64,000 nt of DNA from Paraspadella gotoi (taxonomy: Eukaryota > Animalia > Chaetognatha). Shown in pieces: positions 40,063 through 52,680 of this stretch. The number at the start of each line of letters is the position of its first letter. The first letter of the stretch is position 1. Location of the stretch: NCBI GenBank assembly GCA_051294375.1, contig CM119270.1, positions 5,784,771 to 5,848,770 of the forward strand, read 5' to 3'. The notes under the pieces are model-generated. The model searched no databases and was not told the origin of the DNA. It saw nothing but the letters and a program-made list of their open reading frames with translations. Position numbers and translations under genes: made by a program.

Positions 40063-43000
40063 AATAATCCAAATGTTCCTTTTGGCATCGTAAACTTTTA
40101 TTATTATTTTCTCTTCCTCCTTTAATACTTATCAAAGAGAAACTTGTGGTTTTGAAGCAAACTTGTACATATAAATTGAATAATTAAATATATATATATA
40201 TTTCAAAGCTTACATCAATTTAACAGGAGAGAGCTTGAGCTGCGAGAGAAGATGCCTGACGAAGAGGAAGGATAAAAGAATTGCTCAAATTCGATGAAGA
40301 GGTAAAATAATTTCCCATTATCACTAGCAATACAAGTAATGAAAATGTTTAACTTATATTAACCGAATTTAACTTTCAATCGTTGCTTAGTATTTTCAGA
40401 GTACATCTTTCCCTGGCATAACGACAGAGAATGAGTTGTTTTATTTCAATTGCTGATTGTTCTTTTGTTATCCTCACAGATCTTTCTCGATCGCCACTCT
40501 CTCTCTCGACAAAATCGCAGCTCCGAACAAAAGGGCGGGAGAAATACGCGTTTTTAGCGAAAACACGATCACAACCAGAACGAGCGCCTTCTATCAAAAG
40601 ACGTTTCCGTCCTTAACGAAAAAAAAAATTAGAAAATGACGATGATTGGATTTCAAAGAGAATAAAAAAAATAATTGCCTTAGTTTTAAAGAGAGCGCTC
40701 GAACTCGGGCTCCAACTTTTGGTAAATGAAGAAATAGTTTCAACCATTATTTGATATTACGTCCAAATCATAGATAAAAATAATAATTTTTTTTTTATCG
40801 CCAGTGTACGACGATAGAACCATTGTAAAAAAAAAATTGTTTCGTAATTCGATGATATTTAATCCAACGCACATGAAAAAAGCAAGAAAACCGTAGATTA
40901 GTTTGACTCTGATCTCGAATGTCCTTTTCTTTATCACCCTCATTATCCCAACTGCCGTTGAAAGAATACGGAAAACGTCAAAAATGACTACATTGTATTT
41001 ATGTCGGTTTTAAATTTAGGTACTGGTTTAATTGACAAGGTAGTAGTGGTTCCTCCATCTTAGTAAATCGATCGCGATCATCAGACTTCAAGGTTTCTTT
41101 GCATTTTATCACCTTTAATTATTATTTTTTTATCTGTTGTTTTACTTAAGGTCAACCATAACCTCTTGTTCAGATGCTTTATTTTTTTTGTTTTTAGCTT
41201 ATTACACTTTTGAAAGATATGATTTTGGCTGGTTGTTTTTTAATAATTTATTTTAGCTAAGGAGCAGTACATTTTTTTTATTTTGGAAGCCTTTTCGGCC
41301 ATTTATTAATTTTAAAATTTTTTTTGGATGATCATGATACACAAATCTTACATCAAAAATTCAAATTGTAAATTTATTCATCTTCTCATTCTAATTGTAA
41401 AAAAATACTAACTGTGCATCTTTAAGAACTGAGTATTTCAGTATGGGATTTGAATCATTCTGTCCGTCGTTCTGCTGCTAATTATAAAACGGATTTTTGA
41501 CTCAAGGTCTTTACTGGATACATTCAGTTGGTCATCACAATTTTTTTCCCCGGAATATTTTTAAACAAAAGAAATTTTAAATCAAAATTTGCTACGTTCC
41601 TTTTTTGTTTTGATACAAAAACAAATGAACAAAATTAATTCTTGCTTTCCTTTAATAACGTGAAATTAAATATTTTTAATAAAATTCAAGATCTCCATTT
41701 TTCATTCTTTTATTTATTACAATACAAGATCTCCCTTAACCGACCACAACGCTTTTTTTTTAATACAGCGTGTTCATTTTTGGCTTGATGTTACTTTCCC
41801 TTTTTTATTTCCTAACCTCCAACCACAAAGTATTCAATTTTGTTTTAAATTTTGAGGTGATTTCTCTGTTTGTTTACGCAAATCTCGTTTGACGCATCTC
41901 ATTTCATTTTTCATAACTTTCTTCTGAGGATTTGGTGAAAAAAAAATTATTTGCCCAATTCTTGTGTTTGACCCAGACAAATTGTTAAATTTACTTTCAA
42001 AATATGTGAATGTTTGCGTTGTAATTTATTTTTATATCTGAAGCAGTTTCTCACATACATTTTTAAATTTGCTTTGATATCTTGTTTTGTTTAAGATGAG
42101 GGATTTTAATCTAACTTATGTTTTTGTCCCCAATTTTGATAAAACTTATCTGATGGATGGCATCGTTGCCAATATTCGGTCCCACCGTTTGATCATTCGG
42201 AAATTTTATTATTTTCTACTATAAAAGGAATGGTGTTACAATTACCTTAGCTTTCTATCACAATTAAAATGTCATGGCGTTTCTTTTTTTTCACTCACAA
42301 TTGAAAAAATACAACCAAAAAAAGTGTGAACAAAATTATTCGCAATTTTGTTGTTCCAGAAAAATCAAAGGTTATTCAAACGCAGAAGCTATTGAGTCCA
42401 TAAAAAAAGAACTTAGAAGTTATATACAGTTAACTATGGCAAAAGTTTAAATTTATATATTTAATATCAATTAGGCGACGGGTCGGTTTTATTCAGAAGC
42501 CAAAGTAGGATCAATAATCAACGTTGCCACAAGTTGTACTTAAGGTAGCATTGCCCAACGAATAAGTCAACAGCATAGTGTATCAAAATATACACCAAAT
42601 TAATTGAAGATATCAATATTATAGTTACAGATTAAGAATTCAAACTTATTAAAGGCGTTGAACGTTAATTTCAAAAAACGAACCTCTTTCACAAGACAAA
42701 TTTTTGTTTAAAAAAAAATAATAATTTGGCAAAGTACGACAAACGATATTCGGATTATATGAAGGTGCATTCGTGTCTGCATTGTTTTTTTCAAGTATAT
42801 TAAATCATGGAATTTGGCGCAAAAGCATCGGTATAGGTCCATTATACATTACAAGCAGTACAGTACAATCATACATACAAGCATTTAACCGCTTTAAGTA
42901 GAGATTGAAAAAGTTCTTACTTAATTTTTTGCATAAAAATAAATTATAATCATGTTTTTTGTTATAACTGTGATGAAAAAAAAATTTATTGGGACAAAAT

Positions 43001-46000
43001 TATCTTTAAACAGTGATGAGAATTAAATCCAGCTAATTTTTTTTAAAATGAGAAGAAACTGTTGAGAATAAATCATTTATTACAGTAATATAAATAAATC
43101 ATTACATCCTTACCTCTTATTTTAACAAATTTACGCTGGATTTACAAGTCAGAATTTGTTCAGTGTTTTCGTTATCATTTCCAAATAGGTTTAGACTCGA
43201 TAAGTCACAAGTCGAAAGCCCCGAGGTAACGTCAGCCGTTAGCCTTTCGGCTTCAGGCTTTAGACACAATCCAGGATTCATTTCAAGAAATTTCCTTATC
43301 GGATTTTTTGTAGTGCGAAGCCAGAGCGTGAAACAAATGCTTCAAAGCGTCATCTACCGAACCTGCAGAGGAGTTAAAATAAGACAAATGAGAAACTCAA
43401 TGTGTTTTAAAATATTTTTTAGTAAATCTTGATCTAGCATTGTAACATTTTTAAACATTTAAGTTAGTTTTCGTTTTAGTTTGAGAAATTAATGAACAAA
43501 AGTTAATTGGTCAACAAGGTACTCGTTTAAAAATATTTATTGGTTATTGTATATTATTTACAACATCAACCGATACAACTATTAGTGTTTAATATTCATG
43601 TAAAAAGTTACCTGGGTTACTGAATTATATTTTAAAATATCTTTATCTCTATCCCCTTAAAAATTATTAAGAAGTCCCAAAAAAATAGCATCTATACTCA
43701 AGCTAGAAAACACGATTGCATCGTTCATTTTTCTCGCCAAAACAGATTCGTTTCCTTAATCGTATTGCCTTTTCTACGAGTTAGATCTGGCGCCAAGATT
43801 TGATTAGTGGATTTCCTCAAATCTGACGCCAATCTCATATTGCTCTTGTGACGCAGTCGAAAAAAAGACTCGTTTCCGTAACATAAAATTCTCGATGCAT
43901 TTTGGGTTCGCGCAAAGATTTTTGGCGGGAAAAGTTTGCGACTGAGGGAAATGACATCAAGCTTTCTTAATTGGCTTCCGTCTAAATCTAAATCAAAATT
44001 CATTTCGCCTCTCAATCTCGTTTTCTATTGCGTTCGTGATCCAACCTTTCGTTAAAATTAAAATTCTCTACAAGATCACTGATGTTGTCAAACATCGGTC
44101 TCTTCGAATTCGTCAAATTGACGACCCATTGATCCCTGAGGAGTCGTTTTGCTAGCGGGACCGTCTATATCTTATCATCGTCAACAATTTCATTTGGTCG
44201 TTCATATTTCATCATCGCATCATTTGATCCGAAAGGTTTGTTACGCTTCGTCAATCCACGTCTGTCGCGATCGTAAATTGGCTGCTCGTTCATATTTTCA
44301 TCCGTCTCCAACGGAGCGCTTATGGCATCGAAACCTCTTTTAACTTCTTTTCTTCTTCGGTGTTGCTCTCCATTTAAAGACTGATAAGCTCTTCTGAGGA
44401 ATGTTTTTAATGTATCATCAATAGCTTCTACTTTCTAACTCTCCTTTCCGAGGTAAGCTGAGAAAGTCATTGCGATTGCTTGTCTCAATTCCAAAGGTAT
44501 CCCTATTTGCTTTAGTCGTGTCATTCTTCACTAAATTATATCCATCAGCAGGAAATTGCGGTCGACTTGCCAATTTTTAGAAATTAAACCTTGACATCTC
44601 CGTTGTTATCGTCGTTCCCGAATTCGTAATTAGATATTTCATGATTCCTCATCTCGTTCTTCGTACCCAATGATTCATTTTTGGCTCCAAATATGAAAGT
44701 TTCTTTGACGGTTTCCGATCGAAAATCGTAATACATTATCGGCACACCAATTCCATTTTTTTTCATCCACCCGATCAAAAACCGATTTTTCGCTTCGCGA
44801 TTTTCTTTTTTCGGAACTTTGAGGGAAGGTTTGCTAAAACGCTGGATTCGTTTTCCCCTATAAAACTCCTCGTGTGAACGGTTTTCATTGATTTTATCAT
44901 CTTCACGAGTTTACTTTCCTCTGATTCGATTTTAATAGATTCACTGATCACTAGTTTCTCATTTATCGTTTCTCTCTTATCTTTAGTCGAGAGAATACCA
45001 ACTACAGCCGAAGAGATGGTCGCATTCATTTTTTTTTAAAAGAAAATAAAAAAATACATAAAAATCTCTAATTTATGAATCAAAAATCATAAGTAATATC
45101 GTTTTACAATATTAAGCAATATAATAATATCATCAAGCCCTATCATCATTGATTGTACCTGATGAAGGCGACCGCTTGTACTCTTCTCCCAAAACTCCGG
45201 CCGCCCAAACTGTCGATTGTGAGTTGTCGATTCACAGCTCGTTTGTATTTCTTCACTCAAGGACTCCGCCAACCTAAATGTCATTATTTAAATATCAAAA
45301 CTGACATGGTGTCTTTTTTATGATTGTGATTTTTATACCTAAGGGAGTCAGTTGGCGCTTTTTCCATCTCATCGCCTAAGACGCCACCTCCGAGGGAGTC
45401 CAACTGGCGCTTGGTCTGTTTGAATCTGAAAGAAATTAGTTAAAAAAAGTATTGTCAATTCAATTTTTATACTTTATTTTATAACCTTCTAAAGAGGGTT
45501 GGAGGCCTAATTTGTACTAATCTGCATAGGCTGTTCAAAGTCAGAAGAGCAAAATAGCAATATTTGTTGATGAAAATATTTTCGTATTGGTTAAACCCAG
45601 TCAAAACATATTATGTTCGTATGGAGTGGGGATTAAGACTTGACGACTCACCTTTTGANNNNNNNNNNNNNNNNNNNNNNNNNCCCGCCGTTCTCTTGAA
45701 AATACTTGACCGGAAAGATGATGTTGGTTAGGATGATGGCGAAAACTGAGAAAAGGGGGAAAAGGGAAGGGAAACTAAATTAAGTTTAATGTAATTTGGT
45801 TTTTGTTTATTGAAGTGGGAAGAATTATATGGATTTAGCCTAGTTAAACACAGAAAAAGAGATTAATTCCTAAAATTTCATTTTTTTTGTAGGACATCAT
45901 TTTCAATTAAAAAAACAAATGAAATTGGCTGTCATTGTGGTTATGAAAAAGCTTTTGACATTCAGATTGCTCAGACACATACTCCAATGTCTATATCTGT

Positions 46001-48243
46001 AAGATGAACTGAAATTTTAAAACATTTTATTTTTTTTCATAAAAATATATCTTATCAAATGCAAAAAATATGTTTTTTTGAAATTCGATCATGCCATTAA
46101 TGAGCGTATAACTAAGAAAGTAGGCAAGCTAGACTACTGGGAATTGAAAAATATAAAAAGTCAGCAATTTTTTTACCAGGGCGAAAAATCTGAAGTTGCT
46201 ATATCAGATAACTTAACCATAGTATATGACCATTTCATTTCACTTCCATTTAAAACCTTCAGAATCATGACCTGTCTTTCATTTTATGTTTCAATAACCT
46301 TAAGATTATATTTTATGGATCTGGGACAATCCCGTTATCCACCTATCCCTCCGGATGATCAGTGTAATTTTTTTTTTAAATTTTTAATCTACTTCAAGTA
46401 TTGCAAAATATCAGAAAAATATATTAGTCTTAAATCTATCAGATTTTTTTATAGTCAGCTTTGCGGTAGAGTATTTCTTTTTTAAAAAATCACTGCTCCT
46501 AAAGGGATGGCCCAATTTTAATAAAATTTATGCCAAACTTATCATCTTTTAACAAACTTTAAATACTTTTAATTGTTTTTTAAAAATTCAAGTTTATAGG
46601 GGATTTTTAAAGTCTGAAATAAAGTGGCGCGTTTTTTTTCTTTTTTTTTTTGCACAGGACTGAAACATTACAGAAGATACAGAACTGGAACCGGATCAAA
46701 GAACTCGGAATAAAGTCTATTAATGTTTACGACCCCTTCCCGCTCAAGTTAAGCCAAAACCGCGGACGAACCGACCAAAATATAAATAAAATAAATTAGA
46801 AATGTACTAACCCCGAATGACCCGACCACAAATGACCCGACAACAACCGAACTGGACAATTCACTGACCACAAATGAAGTATCCGTAGATTCCCGCGCGA
46901 TAGCAGCCGAACTTGATGGACTCGACGGCGGAGCAAAGGCCGACGGCGACGACGACGAATGAGATGAAGGAGAGCACGATGGCCATGATCATCAGGGCTT
47001 GACAAGGCCAACCACCAGGCTGAAATTAAATGGGGGAAGTAGTTATTACTGAGGGCTTGACAGGCCAACCACCAGGCTGAAATTAAATGGGGCCAAGTAG
47101 TTATTACTGAGGGCTTGACAGGCCAAACACCAGGCTGAAATTAAATGGGGGCAAGTAGGTTTTACTGAGGGCGTTGACATGCCAAACACCAGGCTGAAAT
47201 TAAATGGGGCGAAGTAGTTATTACTGAGGGCTTGACAGGCCAACCAACTGGCTGAAATTAAATGGGGCAACTAGTTATTACTGAGGGCTTGACAGGCCAA
47301 CCACCAGGCAGAAATTAAATGGGGGCAAGTAGTTATTACTGAGGGCTTGACCGGCCAACCACCAGGCTGAAATTAAATGGGGGAAGTAGTTATTACTGAG
47401 AGCTTGACAGGCCAACCAACAGGCTGAAATTAAATGTGGGGCAAGTAGTTATTACTGAGGCTTGACAGGCCAACCTCCGGGCTGAAATTATATGGGGGCA
47501 AGTATGTTATTACTGAGGGCTTGACAGGCCAACCACCAGGCTGAAATTAAATGGGGGCAAGTAGTTATTACTGAGGGCTTGACAGGCCAACCACCAGGCT
47601 GAAATTAAATGGGGCAAGTAGTTATTACTGTGGCGTCGTGTGTACAGTGCTTCCATTACCACTTACGTGCAGATACATCTCTCAATTGGGACTCTTGGAT
47701 CATGTACCTATTACTGCTAGGCGCTCCTGTGTACCATGGCCATACCACCAGTGCTGAAAATTAAATGGGGGCCAAGTAGTTATTAATGAGGGCTCGACAG
47801 ACCGTCAAACAGCCAGCCAATCTTCTTCCATAATATCCCTCTCTTTCCACCTCTTCCCTCATCCCTCATCCCTCATCCCTCATCCCTCTCTCTCCCTCTC
47901 TCTCTCCCTCTCTCTCTCTCTCACCGGGCGTGTCCGTGTGTCCCTGGCAGACGAACTGCTCCCTCCCTTGCTCCTCGACGTCTTCCTCCGGCACCTGCGT
48001 CACCTTGCATCCTCGAAGAGACCGATCCGCTCGTAGGCATCGCGTCGCCGTCGATGACCCAGGCCGTCCCGCCCGAGGCTGTGATGAGGAGGAGGAAGGA
48101 GAGAAAGCCGAAGAGGCACGCCAACACCTTTCGATGAGGGGGGGGGGTAAAGGGGGGGGGAGTTTGAAGATGGATTTTAATGATACGACGAAGAATCGTG
48201 ATCGATTGATTGATTGAAGGGAGATTGTGACGACGATCGTCAT
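39768..48243 (-). CDS. TMEM47: TMEM47/VAB-9-like four-TM protein (PMP22/EMP/claudin superfamily), spliced, disrupted in this assembly
   Basis: Reconstructed after correcting single-base indels: (M at 48243?) VLACLFGFLSFLLLITASGGTAWVIDGDxDAYERIGLFExCKVTQVPEEDVEEQGREQFVCQGHTDTP | AWWLACQALMIMAIVLSFISFVVVAVGLCSAVESIKFGCYRAGIYGYFIC | VFAIILTNIIFPVKYFQENGGSIS..WAYGLAWG.AVLF..GALMLILDK | GEELELREKMPDEEEG*. It has the W..GL(W/F)xxC..C first loop, the (Y/F)PxK motif after TM3 and WxYGLAWG before TM4, as in TMEM47. The last three splice junctions are all phase 1. Confidence 0.85.
39899..40275 (+). CDS. TMEM47: Inverted segment carrying TMEM47-like exon 4 second part (39899-39991) and exon 5 (40227-40275)
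   Basis: TGG GCC TAC GGT CTC GCT TGG GGT = WAYGLAWG; ...CTC ATC TTG GAT AAA G|GTCAGA; TTAACAG|...ELREKMPDEEEG TAA. Confidence 0.8.
43774..45658 (-). pseudogene. Inverted partial third copy of the neuropeptide gene (3' exons only)
   Basis: Reverse complement of ~34386-36239. ORFs 44775..45029, 44584..44778 and 43725..44015 are frameshifted pieces of the 434-aa ORF. Ends at a 25-N gap. Confidence 0.85.
45684..45745 (-). CDS. TMEM47: TMEM47-like exon 4, first part (cut by gap/inversion)
   Basis: CTTTTCTCAG|(V)FAIILTNIIFPVKYFQENGG, then an N gap. The remainder lies inverted at 39899-39991 (+) and contiguous but noisy at 27964-28116 (-). Confidence 0.85.
46869..47019 (-). CDS. TMEM47: TMEM47-like exon 3: TM2 to start of TM3
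   Basis: TTTCAG acceptor and TG|GTCAGT donor. 151 nt with one extra T relative to the adjacent repeat units. Encodes WWLACQALMIMAIVLSFISF...CYRAGIYGYFIC. Confidence 0.85.
46994..47630. repeat. 58-bp minisatellite, ~11 copies, overlapping the intron/exon-3 boundary of the TMEM47-like gene
   Basis: Unit GAGGGCTTGACAGGCCAACCACCAGGCTGAAATTAAATGGGGGCAAGTAGTTATTACT. A degenerate extra copy lies at ~47745-47799. Confidence 0.95.
47925..48127 (-). CDS. TMEM47: TMEM47-like exon 2: TM1 plus first extracellular loop
   Basis: AAG|GTGTTG acceptor and CCG|GTGAGA donor. Two 1-nt deletions split it across three frames, partly seen in ORFs 47921..48127 and 47866..48243. Confidence 0.85.
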
Positions 48244-50208
48244 TGATCTCTCTGTACAGTGGAAAAAAAAAAAAAGAAATGCCTAATAAATATTTATTAT
48301 GTTTTTTTATTCGGGGAAAATATCTTCCTTTTTTTTTTGTGATTATTTCGCGTTAAGAATGATACAGCAGCATAAAACTGATGATACATGGGCAAAAAAA
48401 TAAAAAAATAGAATTAGGAAAGCAACGTGAATAAAAATTAATCTACGATATAATTTTATATATCGATAGGAATTTATGGATATCATAATCTCTAACTATT
48501 TAATCTTTTAAGGCCTACCAGCCCCGCGCCCTCATGTTAAATTCGTATCTATTTATAATTTACCGCGGCGGCCTTCCTACTCGCCGAGTCCAACATTCTC
48601 TTCGCTTATTCGATCAACAATTTGAACGCGAGGGACGAGTTAAGTTTTTAGGCAATGACCGTCAACGAAAGAGCCGACCGCTCCTCGTCCTCGCGACGCG
48701 TTTGATTTGATTCTTTTCTTCGTTTTGATTCGCCGGTTTCGATTCGATCTCTCTCAGCCATCGTCGCTGATTGGCTGATTTGGCGGCGGCCAACTTGATA
48801 GGTCGCGGTTCAAGAGTCGATCGGTTTGTGCATTTGTTTGGTTTTGTTTTTTTTAAATGTAAAAACAAAAGGCTTTTTTTCGTCGGAGAAGAAGGAAACT
48901 GTGAGAGAAAGACGCCCGGGAGAAGGAATGACGCTGGAAAGGTGGGTCGAAGGCTGCGAGATGAGGGTGGGTCTAAAAGGGGAGGATTTCTTTAAAGATG
49001 TTGGGTGAAAATAGTGATCGAGGCAAAGCGTTGGAGGTTGGGAACTTGGGGTCAAAAGTGACAGTCTCACGAAGCTATAATTAGAGTCAATACACAAAGA
49101 ACAATGTTAAATAGTTGCGTGATTTCTAAAGGAGCAGAAAATGAGGACCGGATACTCGCTATAAATGGTCTCAGCAAATTCCCGACTGTGATGTTACGTA
49201 GATGGCTAAAGTGAACACAGGCAGGCAAACGCTAACTGTTGGTGTTTTCCAGATTTGAATAGTTGGGATAGCTTCCGCTATTTCCGCAACTACAACCATA
49301 AGCACGTATCAAGCTCAAGCCCAAAATCACTTTTAAAATCCATTGACAGTTCACTTACCAATTACCATCACAACTACCAGACCCACTGCTGACGACAAAA
49401 CCGATTTTTCTTTCTTGACAGACCGAATAGAACGTCTACTCTTTTTTCTTCAGTCCGCAGAGAAGCAACGCGCGTGGAATCTTAATCTCGATCCAGCGAA
49501 AGAAATCAGAAAGAATTCTGATTTAATCTCCGGCCGTGCGACTCTGGTCAGCCGAGCGGAAGAAAATTTGGGGGCTTTTTTCTATGTTGCAGGCACAATT
49601 TGGACGTATAATTTGCACGGACGCGCGAATGAATGATGTATATAGGGACAAAACACGAAACGAAACACACAGTAAACCAAGATGTTTAATTTTAGAAATT
49701 CTAAATTTTAAAGTTCCAAAGCTCATCGGTCACTGAAATGTCTGGTGTTTTTTTTTTGTTTCATTTGACAACTGACAAAAATATATTGACAGAAATGTCG
49801 ACTATGGCAACTTGGACGACAAGAACAACCGAATGAGCGACATGTGATGATTGAAAAACTGTGATGTTAAAAAAGAAAACAGTAACACAATGTAGAGAAA
49901 ATATTCAATTACGTTGTTCATTTTTGGGCGAATTTGAAATAGAAAAAAAAGATGCGACGTCAGTCAACGATCAAACGACGACGATAACAACGACGAAGAC
50001 GACGAAAACGACGACGAAAAAGACGACGCAGTTTTGTCGATTTCGTTTTCATCCAAAAACATTTTGCAGTCTTTCACTCTCTTTCTGTCTGTCTGTCACT
50101 CCTCCTATTGACGATAGGATCAGCATGAGACAGAGAGGACGATGGGATTGTGTGTTTGAAAAAGAAATTATCACGAGAGAGAGAGAGAGAGAGATAGACG
50201 AGAGAGAG

Positions 50209-50288
<80 letters not shown>

Positions 50289-50362
50289 AGAGAAGACGGG
50301 TAACACGCGCGCAGGCTTCGAGCTCCGCAAAAGTAGGAAGGCGAGAGGAACACCGCAGAGAG

Positions 50363-50397
<35 letters not shown>

Positions 50398-50440
50398 NNN
50401 NNNNNNNNNNNNNNNNNNNNNNAGGAGAGGAAGGAGGGTG

Positions 50441-50472
<32 letters not shown>

Positions 50473-51074
50473 GAGGAGAGAGAGAGAGAGAAGCACGGGT
50501 AACGACGCGCGCAGGCTTCGGAGCTCCGCAAAAGTAGGAAGGCGGAGGGGAACACCGCAGAGAGAGCGAGAGAGAGAGAGGAGAGAGGAGAAGAAGTGAT
50601 AGGAGAGAGAGAGAAAGAGAAGAGAGAGATGGAGATGACAGTAGAGAGAATAGGAGAGAGAGAGAGAGAGAGTCGATGCTCTTTTTCCCGGTTTTGGTTT
50701 CTGACTGGATCCTGCTGAAGAGGACGACGTGGCAATGATGACGATGATATCGTTGATGACACAAACGACGATGACGACGACGATGATTGTGACGACGACG
50801 ATAGCGATGCATCACAATCAAAGAATGTTGGAAGAAATGTGCTTTTAATATTGTAATTACTTTTGAGGACTCTCAAGGAACATTTCCGAACTTTGAAAAC
50901 ACATTCACTAAACAACAAGGAACGGTTATTTCAAGGAGTTGCGCCGCATTACTTTTCTTTTTATTTATAAGATTTCTTTAAAAACAAAAGGCGGCGCCAC
51001 TAGTTGCTTAGATGTGATTTTTAACAAATGAGCTACAAACTATAGGCAAGTTATAAGCATTTTTTAACGTTAGT

Positions 51075-51355
51075 GGACCGACGACCGACCGACCGATCCG
51101 ACGACTGGCCGACCGACACGGACGACCGACCCGCCGACCGACCGACCGACCGACCGACCGACCGAACGAACCCGATCCGACCGACCGACCGCCGACCGAC
51201 CGAGCCGACCGACGACCAGCCGACCGACAGACCGACACCGACCGATCCGACCGACCGACGACCGATCCGAACCGACCGACCGACCGACCGACCGTGACCG
51301 ACCGACCGATCCGACCGACGCGACCGACCGACCACCGCGAAAAGTGACTTATAGA
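51075..51355. repeat. (CCGA)n degenerate tetranucleotide tract, possibly a Helentron-associated relic; mirrored at 54570-54850
   Basis: GACC/CCGA repeats ending in AAAGTGACTTATAGA. Confidence 0.7.
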
Positions 51356-52119
51356 TTTAAAAAATCAGAAAAACCGTGCTTTTGGCAAATAATAATTTTA
51401 AAAAATTTGATTATTTATTAGAAAATCCATTGATTAAAATATTTCCTAATACTATACAATACAAGCGACTAATATATTTGTGCAGGATTAAATTCTACCG
51501 TTAATCAATGACAATTGTGTACATTGACAACGATAACATTTTCCTTTTTCCCTCTGATTTGTAATCGGATCTGATAATTGCCCATACAATAATCGTCTTG
51601 ATTGACGTAAAGCTTAAATCGAGTCGAGCTTAAATAAACGATTTACGACTTACCACTTTTCGTCACAACAGAGATTTTTTCACAACTCATATGACGTTTC
51701 TTGAATCTAATTTTCATTCTTGTTGCCTCCCTTGCACATCACGCTTCACTCTTTGCACATTTCCTCTCCAACTTTTTCACAGAATACAATGGCACCCATT
51801 TTCACGCGTAATATTTTCTTTCATCGTCTCTCCGTCCCGCGGGACCATTTTTCACGCAGTCATCACCTCATTTAATATTCCTCCATTCACTCTGACAATC
51901 TTTGACAACGTCACCCTTCCCCCTTTCTCTCTGGCCCCTTCCTCTCTCCCCCCTTCCTCTCTCCTCCCTTCCTCTCTCTCCCTTTCACCTTCACTTGTAG
52001 ATTAAACTTTGTGTTTCGCACCAGAACTCCCTTCCTCCTCTCGTCCCCCGGGAGGAAGGGATCCCGGGATGTGACGGACGACGACGTCAGCGAGTGAGTT
52101 ATTTCCATTTTTCTCGACG

Positions 52120-52230
52120 CTTATTGGTCGATTTCCTTCCCTCGGTTCGGACCAAACGTATTCTCGCTCCTTATTGGCAAGACGTCACAGTCGCTGATTG
52201 GTCGGGCAGCTCCCAGGATGGACCAATGGG
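52120..52230. promoter_or_regulatory. CCAAT-box cluster with CRE-like site (candidate promoter); mirrored at ~53700-53810
   Basis: ATTGG at 52123, 52173 and 52197, CCAAT at 52223, GACGTCA at 52181, all in a CpG-rich patch. Confidence 0.45.
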
Positions 52231-52636
52231 CGTCTCGACATTTTCTTTTTTTTTTTCTTCGATGGAGGCGCGTCGGTTAGTTTCTTTTTTTTTTCCTTCT
52301 TTTCTTTTCAATGTGAAGCTTTTTTTTTTTAGGATGCGAGGGCTGTTGTTGTTGTTGTTAATGTTTGTTGTCGTTGTTGTAGACGTTTATGTTTTTTCAT
52401 CGGGATTGAAACGAGTCCCGTCATCGGATTTAGTCTGACATCGAATTCCCTGATGGAGATTTATTTGACGAAGAGGATTATTTTTTGTTTTCTCCCTCAG
52501 TCTGTCTGTCTGTTTGTTTGTCTGTCTGTCACATTCTCTCTCTCTCTCTCTCTCTTCTTCTCTCCCTTCTCTCTCGCTCTCTCTCTCTTGCTCTCTCTCT
52601 CTCTTCTCTCTCTCTCTCCTTCTCTCTCTTCTCTCT

Positions 52637-52680
<44 letters not shown>

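Larger units (their letters stand above)
34386..45658. repeat. ~5.5-kb fold-back inverted duplication centred near 39.9-40.1 kb
   Basis: About 40145-45658 is the reverse complement of 34386-39898. It ends at a 25-N gap. Confidence 0.95.

Noticed and set aside
46994-47630. CRISPR-like regular array
   Set aside because: Units are head-to-tail with no unique spacers, the context is eukaryotic, and there are no cas genes.
49140-49640. Possible small exons (minus-strand AVGLVVVMVI followed by GTAAGT)
   Set aside because: There is an in-frame stop upstream, no consistent gene model and no recognisable homology.
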